In this document: piece after piece, positions 50,901 through 64,000 of the stretch
Layout of the letters: each line of letters opens with the position of its first letter
Position numbering within the stretch: the first letter of the stretch is position 1
NCBI RefSeq assembly: GCF_964204865.1
Contig: NC_135256.1
Location: forward strand, 23,560,001-23,624,000
Source of the DNA: Styela clava
Taxonomy: Eukaryota
Direction: 5' to 3'
Length of the DNA stretch: 64,000 bases
Notes under the pieces: generated by a model
What the model saw: only the letters and a program-made list of their open reading frames with translations
Database searches by the model: none
Told to the model about the DNA's origin: nothing
Program-made: the position numbers and the translations under genes

Positions 50901-53900
50901 TATTTTAATTAGGCCATTTGGCAAATCTAACCTGATACGGAATCAAGATCTTCAACCGTAAAAAAGTTTTTCAATTCCCGTGTCCAAAGTTTTCTAACAT
51001 CATTTCTTCGTACACAAAATAACAGGAACATGAAGAAGCCCTAAAATTAGGCAAAAGAATATGAGTATAAAATAGGATAATGAAGACAGATTGACAATAC
51101 ACACATTGATTTTAATAAAGTTACCTGCAACGCATTTGTTACCGAGAATAACCAACCAAATATAGTGTTCACAGTTGGATCATCAGACAAAGTTAAAGGA
51201 ATTGCAAACACCCATGATAAACCCAGCAGAACAGACACCGTGATAGCTCGCGTAACGTAAGTGCGAATGTCCATCGGATTTGTTTGTGACCCAACCTACA
51301 ATATGATAATATAACATGTTTGTTTCCGGATATTGTACAAAGATACTAAAAGAAAAAATAATCCGATCTCAAACCTGTTTTCTTCCGCATGTAATTGACC
51401 ATAAAATGACGATCGCCCCGGAAAAACTGACAACAAATGCTGCCGCTACCGGTATGAGAAATCCGAATATGAGGGAATAACTGTGGAGCCAACATAGCCG
51501 ATCACTGACATAAGACGAAGGAAAGAAGTCCGACCCTGGAAGTGAGAGAAATTTACATCCGATTCCGAACGATTTAATTGAAAACGGGCCCGACTCCATA
51601 TGGAATAGAATATCTTGGAGTTTCTCCCGGAAATATTGACTTCGATTATCACTATTGAAAATTCCCGACATCAAATATTTTATTGATATTCGAGCTCCAA
51701 TATCAATAAAAAAGATGCCACAAATTCCGACTGCATAGCTTTCATATTTCTACAAGTTGCAACTGTTTCCGATTTGCATTACAGTTGTGGCTATGCAACA
51801 ATTATAAATAAAATTGTCTCATATTACTATTCTTTTATTATACCTGGTGTGATCCAACCGCCGTAGTTGGTAGTGTCATACCACGTGACTGAAATGACCA
51901 TTGTTGTTATTACAATTACCGCCGATATAACGTACACTGTTGCTGACGAAAGCGTTATGCCTTCTCCATCTGCATAACAAGAGAGAAAAAAACGGCTGCG
52001 AATACCGGAACTCTAACTTCTTCTACTTATTAAACTTTTAATTTTTTACAATCGACGGAATTGACTGCTCTAAAGAGAGCTCGTTGCAATCGCGAAAGCG
52101 CTCCACCAATACTTACGAATTTACGTAATTCGTAACTTCGCTTCCGTAACTCGAAATAATTCCGTAAATCCGTAAATTACCTGCAAGCCTAACTACAGTC
52201 AACAGTATCTAGCCTGCAATGAAGTTATTATCAGTCTAACATTTCACTCAAGCCTTGAATGATAACGTGGTCAGATCAGATGTGATGTATATCTCCCATG
52301 TTGCAAAACCTTATTTATGTTCGTCGTTATTCACGCATTGAAAAGCTTATAAAAAGCTTTCTTTTTTAACAGCTCGGCGAATGAATTTTCCCAAAAAAAG
52401 GTCACAGAGCGAGTCCTATGGTTTTTAATTTCGAATAATTGACCGATATTTGCGGCATTTATTGTATCTGATATTCACACAAATTAATTTAGAGAGAAGG
52501 TTTGTTCTAAAGTGGTAATACACCTTGAGAACCTCAATATATTTTACCAAATTATGTACTTCTGGAGCGAGATCCTAAATTAGCGTAGGGATCCTAGAGT
52601 TCAAATAATTAATTTCTTCTTATCTGTCACATCTAACCTCATTATGGCTCGGTGTAAGAAAATATAGGCTTTGGGTGATACAAAAGTGTAATTTGTATTT
52701 ACATCATTACATTTCGTATTTAACTAACAACAATTACTGAAAAACGTCGATTCTTTATTGATGTTTATTGTCGTTAGAAATTGGGTGAAATGACGATATT
52801 TTCCCGAGTCTGCCGAAATCATGCTCATCGGATATGTAGGTCAAGTTTTGAGGCGTGTTCTTATGAAACCCCTCCATCGCCACTAGACTGTTGCGGTCTT
52901 CAGCACTTTGGGTGACGTCAGTTGAATTTACACATACGGTATTATCGTTCGAAGCAGCTGTAATTGTTTCCTCACGCACTGTTCCTCTTGAGGCTAAATG
53001 GAGAAAAGAGGCTGTATATTTTTATGTAAAAATTGCAAAGATATAGGGGAGAGGCTTTTGAAAATAGTACAACTATGCCGATCTAAAGTCAACGAAATGT
53101 GTTGACAACAGTGCCTGAAAAAATAATCAAAACAAATTATTTGACATATATATTATTTCTCGGTTAATTCTTCAAACACACCATCTCTATGGTGTTATAT
53201 ACACATGAAGACAGTCAAAGACTAAACCTGTAATGGCCACGCCAGAGTGACTTCAAATGAGTTTCAGAAGTATACGTTATTGGCTTTCCCAAACAATTGC
53301 AACGGAACGAAAAATGCATCATATTTTAATTAGGCCATTTGGCAAATCTAACCTGATACGGAATCAAGATCTTCAACCGTAAAAAAGTTTTTCAATTCCC
53401 GTGTCCAAAGTTTTCTAACATCATTTCTTCGTACACAAAATAACAGGAACATGAAGAAGCCCTAAAATTAGGCAAAAGAATATGAGTATAAAATAGGATA
53501 ATGAAGACAGATTGACAATACACACATTGATTTTAATAAAGTTACCTGCAACGCATTTGTTACCGAGAATAACCAACCAAATATAGTGTTCACAGTTGGA
53601 TCATCAGACAAAGTTAAAGGAATTGCAAACACCCATGATAAACCCAGCAGAACAGACACGGTGATAGCTCGCGTAACGTAAGTGCGAATGTCCATCGGAT
53701 TTGTTTGTGACCCAACCTACAATATGATAATATAACATGTTTGTTTCCGGATATTGTACAAAGATACTAAAAGAAAAAATAATCCGATCTCAAACCTGTT
53801 TTCTTCCGCATGTAATTGACCATAAAATGACGATCGCCCCGGAAAAACTGACAACAAATGCTGCCGCTACCGGTATGAGAAATCCGAATATGAGGGAATA

Positions 53901-56787
53901 ACTGTGGAGCCAACATAGCCGATCACTGACATAAGACGAAGGAAAGAAGTCCGACCCTGGAAGTGAGAGAAATTTACATCCGATTCCGAACGATTTAATT
54001 GAAAACGGGCCCGACTCCATATGGAATAGAATATCTTGGAGTTTCTCCCGGAAATATTGACTTCGATTATCACTATTGGAAATTCCCGACATCAAATATT
54101 TTATTGATATTCGAGCTCCAATATCAATAAAAAAGATGCCACAAATTCCGACTGCATAGCTTTCATATTTCTACAAGTTGCAACTGTTTCCGATTTGCAT
54201 TACAGTTGTGGCTATGCAACAATTATAAATAAAATTGTCTCATATTACTATTCTTTTATTATACCTGGTGTGATCCAACCGCCGTAGTTGGTAGTGTCAT
54301 ACCACGTGACTGAAATGACCATTGTTGTTATTACAATTACCGCCGATATAACGTACACTGTTGCTGACGAAAGCGTTATGCCTTCTCCATCTGCATAACA
54401 AGAGAGAAAAAAACGGCTGCGAATACCGGAACTCTAACTTCTTCTACTTATTAAACTTTTAATTTTTTACAATCGACGGAATTGACTGCTCTAAAGAGAG
54501 CTCGTTGCAATCGCGAAAGCGCTCCACCAATACTTACGAATTTACGTAATTCGTAACTTCGCTTCCGTAACTCGAAATAATTCCGTAAATCCGTAAATTA
54601 CCTGCAAGCCTAACTACAGTCAACAGTATCTAGCCTGCAATGAAGTTATTATCAGTCTAACATTTCACTCAAGCCTTGAATGATAACGTGGTCAGATCAG
54701 ATGTGATGTATATCTCCCATGTTGCAAAACCTTATTTATGTTCGTCGTTATTCACGCATTGAAAAGCTTATAAAAAGCTTTCTTTTTTAACAGCTCGGCG
54801 AATGAATTTTCCCAAAAAAAGGTCACAGAGCGAGTCCTATGGTTTTTAATTTCGAATAATTGACCGATATTTGCGGCATTTATTGTATCTGATATTCACA
54901 CAAATTAATTTAGAGAGAAGGTTTGTTCTAAAGTGGTAATACACCTTGAGAACCTCAATATATTTTACCAAATTATGTACTTCTGGAGCGAGATCCTAAA
55001 TTAGCGTAGGGATCCTAGAGTTCAAATAATTAATTTCTTCTTATCTGTCACATCTAACCTCATTATGGCTCGGTGTAAGAAAATATAGGCTTTGGGTGAT
55101 ACAAAAGTGTAATTTGTATTTACATCATTACATTTCGTATTTAACTAACAACAATTACTGAAAAACGTCGATTCTTTATTGATGTTTATTGTCGTTAGAA
55201 ATTGGGTGAAATGACGATATTTTCCCGAGTCTGCCGAAATCATGCTCATCGGATATGTAGGTCAAGTTTTGAGGCGTGTTCTTATGAAACCCCTCCATCG
55301 CCACTAGACTGTTGCGGTCTTCAGCACTTTGGGTGACGTCAGTTGAATTTACACATACGGTATTATCGTTCGAAGCAGCTGTAATTGTTTCCTCACGCAC
55401 TGTTCCTCTTGAGGCTAAATGGAGAAAAGAGGCTGTATATTTTTATGTAAAAATTGCAAAGATATAGGGGAGAGGCTTTTGAAAATAGTACAACTATGCC
55501 GATCTAAAGTCAACGAAATGTGTTGACAACAGTGCCTGAAAAAATAATCAAAACAAATTATTTGACATATATATTATTTCTCGGTTAATTCTTCAAACAC
55601 ACCATCTCTATGGTGTTATATACACATGAAGACAGTCAAAGACTAAACCTGTAATGGCCACGCCAGAGTGACTTCAAATGAGTTTCAGAAGTATACGTTA
55701 TTGGCTTTCCCAAACAATTGCAACGGAACGAAAAATGCATCATATTTTAATTAGGCCATTTGGCAAATCTAACCTGATACGGAATCAAGATCTTCAACCG
55801 TAAAAAAGTTTTTCAATTCCCGTGTCCAAAGTTTTCTAACATCATTTCTTCGTACACAAAATAACAGGAACATGAAGAAGCCCTAAAATTAGGCAAAAGA
55901 ATATGAGTATAAAATAGGATAATGAAGACAGATTGACAATACACACATTGATTTTAATAAAGTTACCTGCAACGCATTTGTTACCGAGAATAACCAACCA
56001 AATATAGTGTTCACAGTTGGATCATCAGACAAAGTTAAAGGAATTGCAAACACCCATGATAAACCCAGCAGAACAGACACCGTGATAGCTCGCGTAACGT
56101 AAGTGCGAATGTCCATCGGATTTGTTTGTGACCCAACCTACAATATGATAATATAACATGTTTGTTTCCGGATATTGTACAAAGATACTAAAAGAAAAAA
56201 TAATCCGATCTCAAACCTGTTTTCTTCCGCATGTAATTGACCATAAAATGACGATCGCCCCGGAAAAACTCACAACAAATGCTGCCGCTACCGGTATGAG
56301 AAATCCGAATATGAGGGAATAACTGTGGAGCCAACATAGCCGATCACTGACATAAGACGAAGGAAAGAAGTCCGACCCTGGAAGTGAGAGAAATTTACAT
56401 CCGATTCCGAACGATTTAATTGAAAACGGGCCCGACTCCATATGGAATAGAATATCTTGGAGTTTCTCCCGGAAATATTGACTTCGATTATCACTATTGA
56501 AAATTCCCGACATCAAATATTTTATTGATATTCGAGCTCCAATATCAATAAAAAAGATGCCACAAATTCCGACTGCATAGCTTTCATATTTCTACAAGTT
56601 GCAACTGTTTCCGATTTGCATTACAGTTGTGGCTATGCAACAATTATAAATAAAATTGTCTCATATTACTATTCTTTTATTATACCTGGTGTGATCCAAC
56701 CGCCGTAGTTGGTAGTGTCATACCACGTGACTGAAATGACCATTGTTGTTATTACAATTACCGCCGATATAACGTACACTGTTGCTG
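44700..56787. repeat. Five-copy tandem segmental amplification (unit ~2421 bp) of hAT tip plus adhesion GPCR 3' end
   Basis: Identical ORF sets recur every 2421 bp (45492, 47913, 50334, 52755, 55176). Junction GTTGCTG-ACGAAA-GCGTTATG at ~47104, 49525, 51946 and 54367. Confidence 0.95.
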
Positions 56788-59700
56788 CAGCTTTTGTTAC
56801 ATAGTGTGATATCGCTTTAGAAAATACGGACACCAATTTCCTGAAAAGCAACATGGGACGATGTATTCCGTAATATCGATTTAAATATTTCGATTCCCAA
56901 TCTCATAATATATATATATATATAGGCCATGAATTGGGCATGGCCAAATAGGTCGGGCTAGGCAACGGGACTAAAAGACACTTAGTATTTTTGAGCAGTT
57001 AATTGGAGATTCAGAATTGATTAATTGAAGCGGCCTGGTGGAATTATTGTTTTTATCATCATCATTATCTTTTTACTAACTGGATTATTTGATTACTTAT
57101 TTAATGCCTGATATACAGTTTTACACGGAATATGAATTTTCATTGCTTACTTATTTGGATGTTGTCAGGAGCTAATTACGTAGGTTGTTTCGTCTTTTTT
57201 TTACGCAGAACTAGGGTTTCCAAATAAATGAGCTCAAACGAAACAAGCTATACTACATGCGCCAAATTTGGCTTAATGTCTAGACTCTAGACCGAGAAAT
57301 TGGTATGCATCAGATGTTCCTTCCCTTGGGTATACGAAAACAAATCAGAAAATATAGCTTCATGTTATGGGTATTGTTGAAAATTGCGTACTTATCCAAA
57401 TATTTTAAAATTCTGTATTTACTTTTCGCTTTCGATTTTTTTCGATCGACACTTTTATTTTATGCTTTTAATTCCGAATCGATAACATATAGTCAAATAA
57501 GCTATTCGTAAATATGTTGTTACAGATTTCGTAGAAACACCAAGAATATCTTTTTGTAATATTTACACGTAAAATAAACTCTTTGACGCTAAATGGCCCA
57601 TTTTTGCTTACTTATACATAGTGATGCATTCTACCACCATCCACCCCCATGAACTCAATAGAAAGAAGTGTAGAAGAGCAGCAGATGCAATGCAGAGACC
57701 GTAGGCTTTTGGACGTTCAGTAGACGAAAGCAAAATAATGTATGACAACATAAGACAAAAACCCAAATGGGAATGAATCTTCACAATCTCAGATTTTCTT
57801 AATATTCTGAAAAATCATAATGCATGTTTTGAATTAATCATCCACCGTACTGAAGTTTTGTTTGGAGGAAATACTTGAAACTACTTGAGAGTGGATAGAT
57901 CCTCAAAATAGTAAGGGAGAGAAAGAAATATCATTTGTCAACCAACAATACAATCATCGTACATTAAAAAAAAATTAGGACAATAATTCTCCGAGAAGAA
58001 TCAATCTTTTACACGCATTTACATTTTGACTGAAGATAACCTAAGAAAGTCAACATCATAAATTAATAGTTACGTGGATAATATCATGCTCAGTAAAATG
58101 ATGAAAATGTGTTCACTTACGGAAAGTAAAGATGGATTAGCAGCATAAACAAAAGTCCAAATATTGAAATTAGGCAACACACTTTTCCCACGATTTCAAG
58201 CGAATACTCCTGCATCTTCTCATGCGTTTGCTGTTCACATATAAAATATTTAAAGATTTTTCCACAGTGAAAACTATTTTTGAGGGTAATTTATGCGTGA
58301 CCGTGGTTCTAATTATGAAGAATCGTGAATCATGACGTGCAAAGGGAACACTTACTACAAACATGCTTTCTACTGCGTAAGGGCTTCGATAATGTGAAAG
58401 AACAGCATACGTACCACTAGAACTGCAAAATTTGTCATGTGATTGCACGTGCAATTTGGGGGATCTGATCCAGGAATTGTTTCACATCCATCCGATAACC
58501 ATTCTCCAGTCTTCTCATTCAAGAACGAACATTTAAAATATTGCCTTACTTTAGCGTTCTGAATAATTATCAAAACGTGATTACAAAGAAAGAATGTTTT
58601 GGACTAAATTTTAACGTATAAACGTATGTCCCGCGTACATATCGAATTTACGCCAATACTCGATATGTACCAAAATCGTATGCGCTGTAAGTAACATGTA
58701 ACGGAAGTATGTTTCAAAACTGTGTATATCCGATAGATCCACATCCATTATTACAGCCATACTAAGTAATAGCAGACAAGGGTCGTGGTTTTTACACGCA
58801 CATTCCCTTTGGGATAAGCTCTGTAGAAATAACTACTCGCGGATCATTGTCGTCCTCAGGCCTAGGGTGTAGGCGTGGATAGATAGACACAACATGATTT
58901 CCATCAGTGGCTTGTATCGTCAGTATTGTAGCCACCGCAATTACCCATGTATCATATTGAACACACAGCCGAAATTTGTAGAAAATATTTATGTTATTTT
59001 GATATAATAAAAGATAAAATCTAATTGATGCTTTTCCATTTTTTTGTCAATCATTTTTTTCGATCTCTTGGATGAAACTATTAAATCCTTGTATACAAAG
59101 CCATATTATTTTTTAAACAATTAACCAAACGGTACGGCCAGTTGTTTTGTGTATGGTGGTGTATATTGTACTCGGGATACATACGATGTTCATATGATAT
59201 ATGAGTTACTTAGTAGGACATAAGTTACTTGCGGTATACGACGCATCCGTCCAATTGACACTATTTAGGGACATTGAGAGATAGTGAAGCACTTGTACGC
59301 GAGCGCTCCATTTGTCAATCTCAAAACTAAAAGTACTAACACAGGGTTATAAGCAGTGTTCCTTCTAAGAAAATTTCACACTGCGCAAATGTTGTTTTGA
59401 ATGAGCAAGACTATTTTAAGGCTGAACAGAATACTAATTTTATGTGAAATATTACAATGGTATTATATATTATCAGGATGCGAACAAAGCACACATTTTA
59501 CTCAAATAGCTTATTCTTGCTTTCGTGCTTTTCCAATGTTCATACATTTTTCAATGTTTAATTCTGAAACCAAGCGACAATTATCTAGTTCTAAAGTACA
59601 ATACTCTATGTACAATATCAACTTTCTTGTTGTTGAAATATCATTGCTTTCATCTACAATCAGGGTATGAAATTTTGTTTGTCTCTTGCAAGATGTCATG

Positions 59701-62414
59701 CCTGACGCGTGACGCCAACGTCTATGCTTTTCAGAAATTCTAAGCCGTAATTTTTCATTCGCCATGAATGTGGCAATTTAGTGTATTTTGTCATATGACT
59801 ATTTATTACTTTGTGGGACAATATTGATCAATTCAGCTTAAAACGTGGTCGAACACTATCTATGTGAGACTTCATTTCACTTGACGAGTTTTCAAAACTT
59901 CATTCTCTTTATAATTGGCATCGTGGTGAAAAAGTTCAAACTACCTCCTATTGATTCAAAATATCGCTTTCTGAGTTAATGCACCTAGTGCGTCAATGTA
60001 CTTTTTATGATTCAAAAGTCGTTTTAGATAGTCAACTTCCCATTACTCCCATGAGTTACTTTTTCCAAAATCACTATCAGGTGCCACTTCCTGACAAACT
60101 CCGCAGATTATCACATTCCTTGACGCGGAATAGCAATAAACTCCGGAAAGTTAGCAGTTTTTTTTACTTATGCATACCGGTATCACGATTGCAAATTAGT
60201 GTCTCACGGTCCACTGTTGTATTTATCCATTCTATTCTAAAGCCAATATTCTTATTTTCAACCTTGCTTTCTTGAATAGACATTTTACTACAGATAAAAA
60301 CGCTAGTGTATTGGATTTGGAATAAACCACTCATTCCAGTCCTGCTAAATATGAAAACGCATAGAACTTTTTTTAGTAATTTCTGGTGAAACATAGTCCA
60401 ATTATTATTTAACACTTCATCATTTAGAAAAATGGAAATCACGTTGCTCGGGCGTAACAGATAAGTTTGTGACATCACAATGAGCAGAGGTGTTCAAATT
60501 ACGCGAGAAACAAAAAACGGACATTCTGGCTAAGCGTTAAAAAATATAACGACCCAGGACCCACGCTTTGATAACATAATGTTGCAAGTGCGCGAGAATG
60601 AGATTTTACTGCGCAAATTGTCGGAATTTACTGCGCAATTGCTCAGCTTAGAGGGAACCTTGGTTATAAGACTTGCTGAAAGACCGAACAGTAAGTGTGG
60701 TTCAACAGACGTCTTCTTCCGTAGTGACGTGCAGCGTCAACACGCTCGTCAGAGGCTTCTTAGTCCGAGCCTATTGCCCGGATGGCTTCATATTTATATC
60801 GTCATGAATATCAAGTTCATATTCTATAGTCTACTCTATACTGTTTAATGAATGCCATTCGCCCGCCTGATAAATATTTGGCTCAGACTTATAGTGACTA
60901 ACGGCGGCATAATCCTGACAGCAAATCTTGACAAGTCGTGGATGCCATAGCTCAATGCCGGTACTTAATGTACAAGACTCGGTTTTAACGGCGTAATATT
61001 CTTGCAACTTTCAACGCAACGAAGTTTAAGACAAGGTACGAGTAATAAAGAATAGAAAATGTACAACTAACATCAGTTTAAAGATTGACTGTTTAGTTTC
61101 AGTCTAATTTTCCAACTTACTTTATTATTATATGTTGTAATAGGAAGTTGAAACCAAACAGGATCTTTCAAATTTTCCAACTCCAAATTTGATATTTGAG
61201 CAGACAGAACCTAGCGAAAAAAACTGAGTCATTATACTTGAAAAAAACTTTGTCATGAGTTTGCTATTTACAAAAGGCTTTGTTTCATAACCTTTCTGTT
61301 GTAATTAAAGTATTTATAATTTGGAAAAGGTCAGTAAACTAAACAAACTTACTTGTTTAATTTCATATTTATCATTGCGAGGCGTAAAAAATTCAGAATC
61401 TGTGAAATACACGAATGAAACAGGTAGATTTCCAGTCGTAGTGAGACTTTCGGCTTTCATTTTCTTTGCTTTTTGCACAGCTTCAGTCGGGATAAATGAA
61501 CGAACGACAGCTGGACCACTCGGTTGACACGAATTCGAAGTAACCGATGTGAAAGCAGATTCTTCAGATAAAACTTGATTGAAAGAAATGTCAGAAACTA
61601 ACTGGGATGTTGAATTCTGTCGCCGCAACGCATTGGTGATCTGAATTATATATAAGATGACGCAGATAAGAAAAACCGTTTCAAATAAGTCTAAGTAAAG
61701 CACAGTGTCTATTCTGGTTTTTCGCCGAATTTGATGCGAGTTCACAAACAATTTTCTTTTCTGTCGCAATGCACTCAAATGGCCAATCTATAATTATGCG
61801 CGACTTTTGATGAAAAGAACCAGTCGGTACTACCTACCAGCGCCAGCAGCTTATGCTTTACTTACACTAAAAACATTCCGCACGTAGGGCCAGTAGTGAG
61901 CTCATTCTTTAAAACATGTTCTAACCCATTATCGTCTTGATCACTATCGACCTGTTTGCTATTTCATGAAATATCACTTACAATGTTTAATATAACAACT
62001 ACTCACTGGGTATTCAATATATATATATATATATATATAGGAGTTTTTTATGAAAAGTTTTTATACCGTTAGCACATGGAAATGTTTCACTTCATATACA
62101 TATAGTGATCTCGTCTAATTTCAATATTTTGTTGGGGAATGGGACAGTCCATATTATTTTTGCCAATTGCTTAAAGCACGTACATTATGTTTCATCAAAA
62201 TCCAAACCTGCATTATTACTGATTGTGTTGATATTGTGAAGGTTTCTGATCTGTTAGTTATGACGTGCACGGAACACCTTTCCAATGAGTTGATTATCTC
62301 CCGACGTTGGGTGGCATTAAGTTGAGCGGTTCCGTTCATTTGTCGGTCATATTTTTGCGCTTTGTTTATATTGTCTGCCACGTTCACCATACTTGTCATC
62401 GTTTCAAGGTTTAT
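55176..62414 (-). CDS. Adhesion G-protein-coupled receptor (GAIN/GPS + secretin-type 7TM), 5' part not resolved
   Basis: In-frame exons 62414-62208, 61640-61353, 61210-61121, 58558-58415 (GPS: CSFLNEKTGEWLSDGC...CTCNHMTNFAVLV), 58230-58121 (TM1), 57806-57612 (TM2-3, LLHFFLLSSWGWMVVEC), 56840-56686 (TM4), 56377-56217 (CWL, TM5), 56137-55967 (LLGLSWVF...NALQ), 55882-55774 (GFFMFLLFCVR) and 55414-55176. Confidence 0.9.
59354..60662. mobile_element. Internally deleted hAT element in a GPCR intron
   Basis: CAGTGTTCCTTCTAAG...CTTAGAGGGAACCTTG with perfect 8-bp TSD GTTATAAG. Same TIR family as 15555-15817. Confidence 0.8.
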
Positions 62415-64000
62415 CTGCAATATTTTTTTTTATTGTAGATTGAGAATATTAAGTAAAAGCCTATCTGTTATCAATTTATAATGGTATATATAATATTATC
62501 CAACTGCATGTTTTTTTTAATTTATTTCCAAAACCATTCATTAGAAGCAATATGATATCTCATAATATGTACAACGTAGGCTGTTGCTTGCTGAGTTACA
62601 GCGTTTGGCCACAATTGCAACCAATCATATCCGAAACTTGGATACGTGATATCTATGACGCACAACTAATACCTAAATAAACGCTTCCTGCTACGAAGCA
62701 TCACATTCTCGAAATTTAGCAAACATACATTCATGTTGTAATATTAAGATTTGTAATTTTTAAGTTGTCTGCCAAATATACGAATTCATATCGCAAATAG
62801 CAATTGCGGAACACCTGGTAATATAAACCATGTATTGGGGTGTTGTGAACATATTATTCTTTGTTTTATTGTTTCGCGTCCTACTAAATACTCGGGACAC
62901 TTTGCTCTCTTGGAACCTTTTCTTTGGGTGTTACCGGTTGAGTGGTGTTAAAGTATATATATACTTCAGATGAGTGGTTTTGGGCAAATCACTATGTCCA
63001 TTTCCCCGCCAAAGTGAAATTTTTCTGCGGAATGCAACTTTACTGCGTTGAAAACAATTGAAGTTTTATAATTTGCTCTTATCGACAGTCGATAAGAGGG
63101 CGTGATTCACCATATGGATAGACTTCGTTTCCTTCTGGAAAAAGGCATTGTACAATTTACGACAGCATGCTCCACTCAGGTAACAACCTATCTTGGGCGT
63201 TCGCACGACACAGCAATGATATAAAAAAAATGTGCTCAATGTTTTTGCGGTGCGGGTGCATTGAACTTTTTGAACATTCGCGAGCCACAGAATTACATAT
63301 AAACTTTTTCGAAATAACAAGTGTGACAAAGACTTTCCCATGAATATTACTATAGTTCAAATAAACATTTTCTGTTTACTAGTTGTCATAATAATATCGA
63401 TGGGTTTGGACATCGTAATCACATCTATTGGAGTATTGGTCTGCTTCGTTGTAGTTTTATTTTTTTGTGGTTACAAAAAGGATGGATTGTTTTTTATGGT
63501 GCCTCTGTACCAAATCTGATTTTTAACAACCCAGTGCCTTTTCTCAGCGAAGACCTGAAACAATTCCAGGTAATGGATTTGTCCGTTTTCAAAGTGAGAA
63601 TTCAAACGATTCCTATTTAGTTTGTAACGTAGTATTGTAGCCACCCCAACTTCTATTGCTACCCAGTTGCACCAGCCAGTTTCACTGAACCTTCCAATGA
63701 TATCCCTAAAATACAATACTCATTTTACCACTCAATTAATGCACCACCATATATACAAATATAGTTTTTTAAGGGACGGCATCGCTAATAGATATGAGAG
63801 AAACTCAATTTGGAAATAAACTTAAATCACGCGGCGTATCGTTGCCGTAAAAATTTGTTGCGAAACCCGCACATTGGCAGCTCTGCTATAAAACGGATAT
63901 CTAAAAACCTCCCAAAATTAGCAGCCTGATTATCTATAGCAAGTTTCGAACAAGGCTCAGTAATTTTTGTTCTGGCCTATGCAGTCCTTGCTATACTGGC

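Noticed and set aside
45492-54095. Four independent paralogous GPCR genes
   Set aside because: Each unit lacks the N-terminus, GAIN domain and TM1-3. They are partial duplicates of one gene's 3' end.
55650-55710. Extra GPCR C-terminal exon
   Set aside because: Weak acceptor and a stop in the required phase. The TM7 exon joins the last exon in frame without it.
63471-63716. Upstream exon of the adhesion GPCR
   Set aside because: Acceptor present, but no convincing in-frame donor or recognisable domain.

Overview
AT-rich, repeat-dense eukaryotic genomic DNA. The short introns, operon-like spacing, SINE style and transposon families suggest an ascidian tunicate (inference). Host genes: FAM185A (+, 7 exons) converges on a co-oriented minus-strand trio NAGK -> UXT -> LAMTOR5, a candidate SL-trans-spliced operon. 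There is also an intronless ARPC1 (+) and the GAIN/GPS/7TM part of an adhesion GPCR (-). The GPCR 3' end is amplified, with the tip of a hAT element, into five near-identical ~2421-bp tandem units (44700-56787). Each junction creates a new in-frame, phase-symmetric TE/TM4 chimeric exon candidate. Mobile DNA includes a full-length but disrupted Gypsy element with non-canonical CG...CG LTR ends and an apparent 3-bp TSD. Its 5' LTR is split by a 4-kb P-like element (7-bp TSD), of which a second, inverted copy lies at the window start. Also present: a probable P-type excision footprint, two hAT transposase pseudogenes, many hAT/Tc1/Merlin-type MITEs, tRNA-derived SINEs and LINE 3' ends. Coordinates were read by eye and may be off by a few bases. 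Gene names come from recalled family motifs, not database searches.
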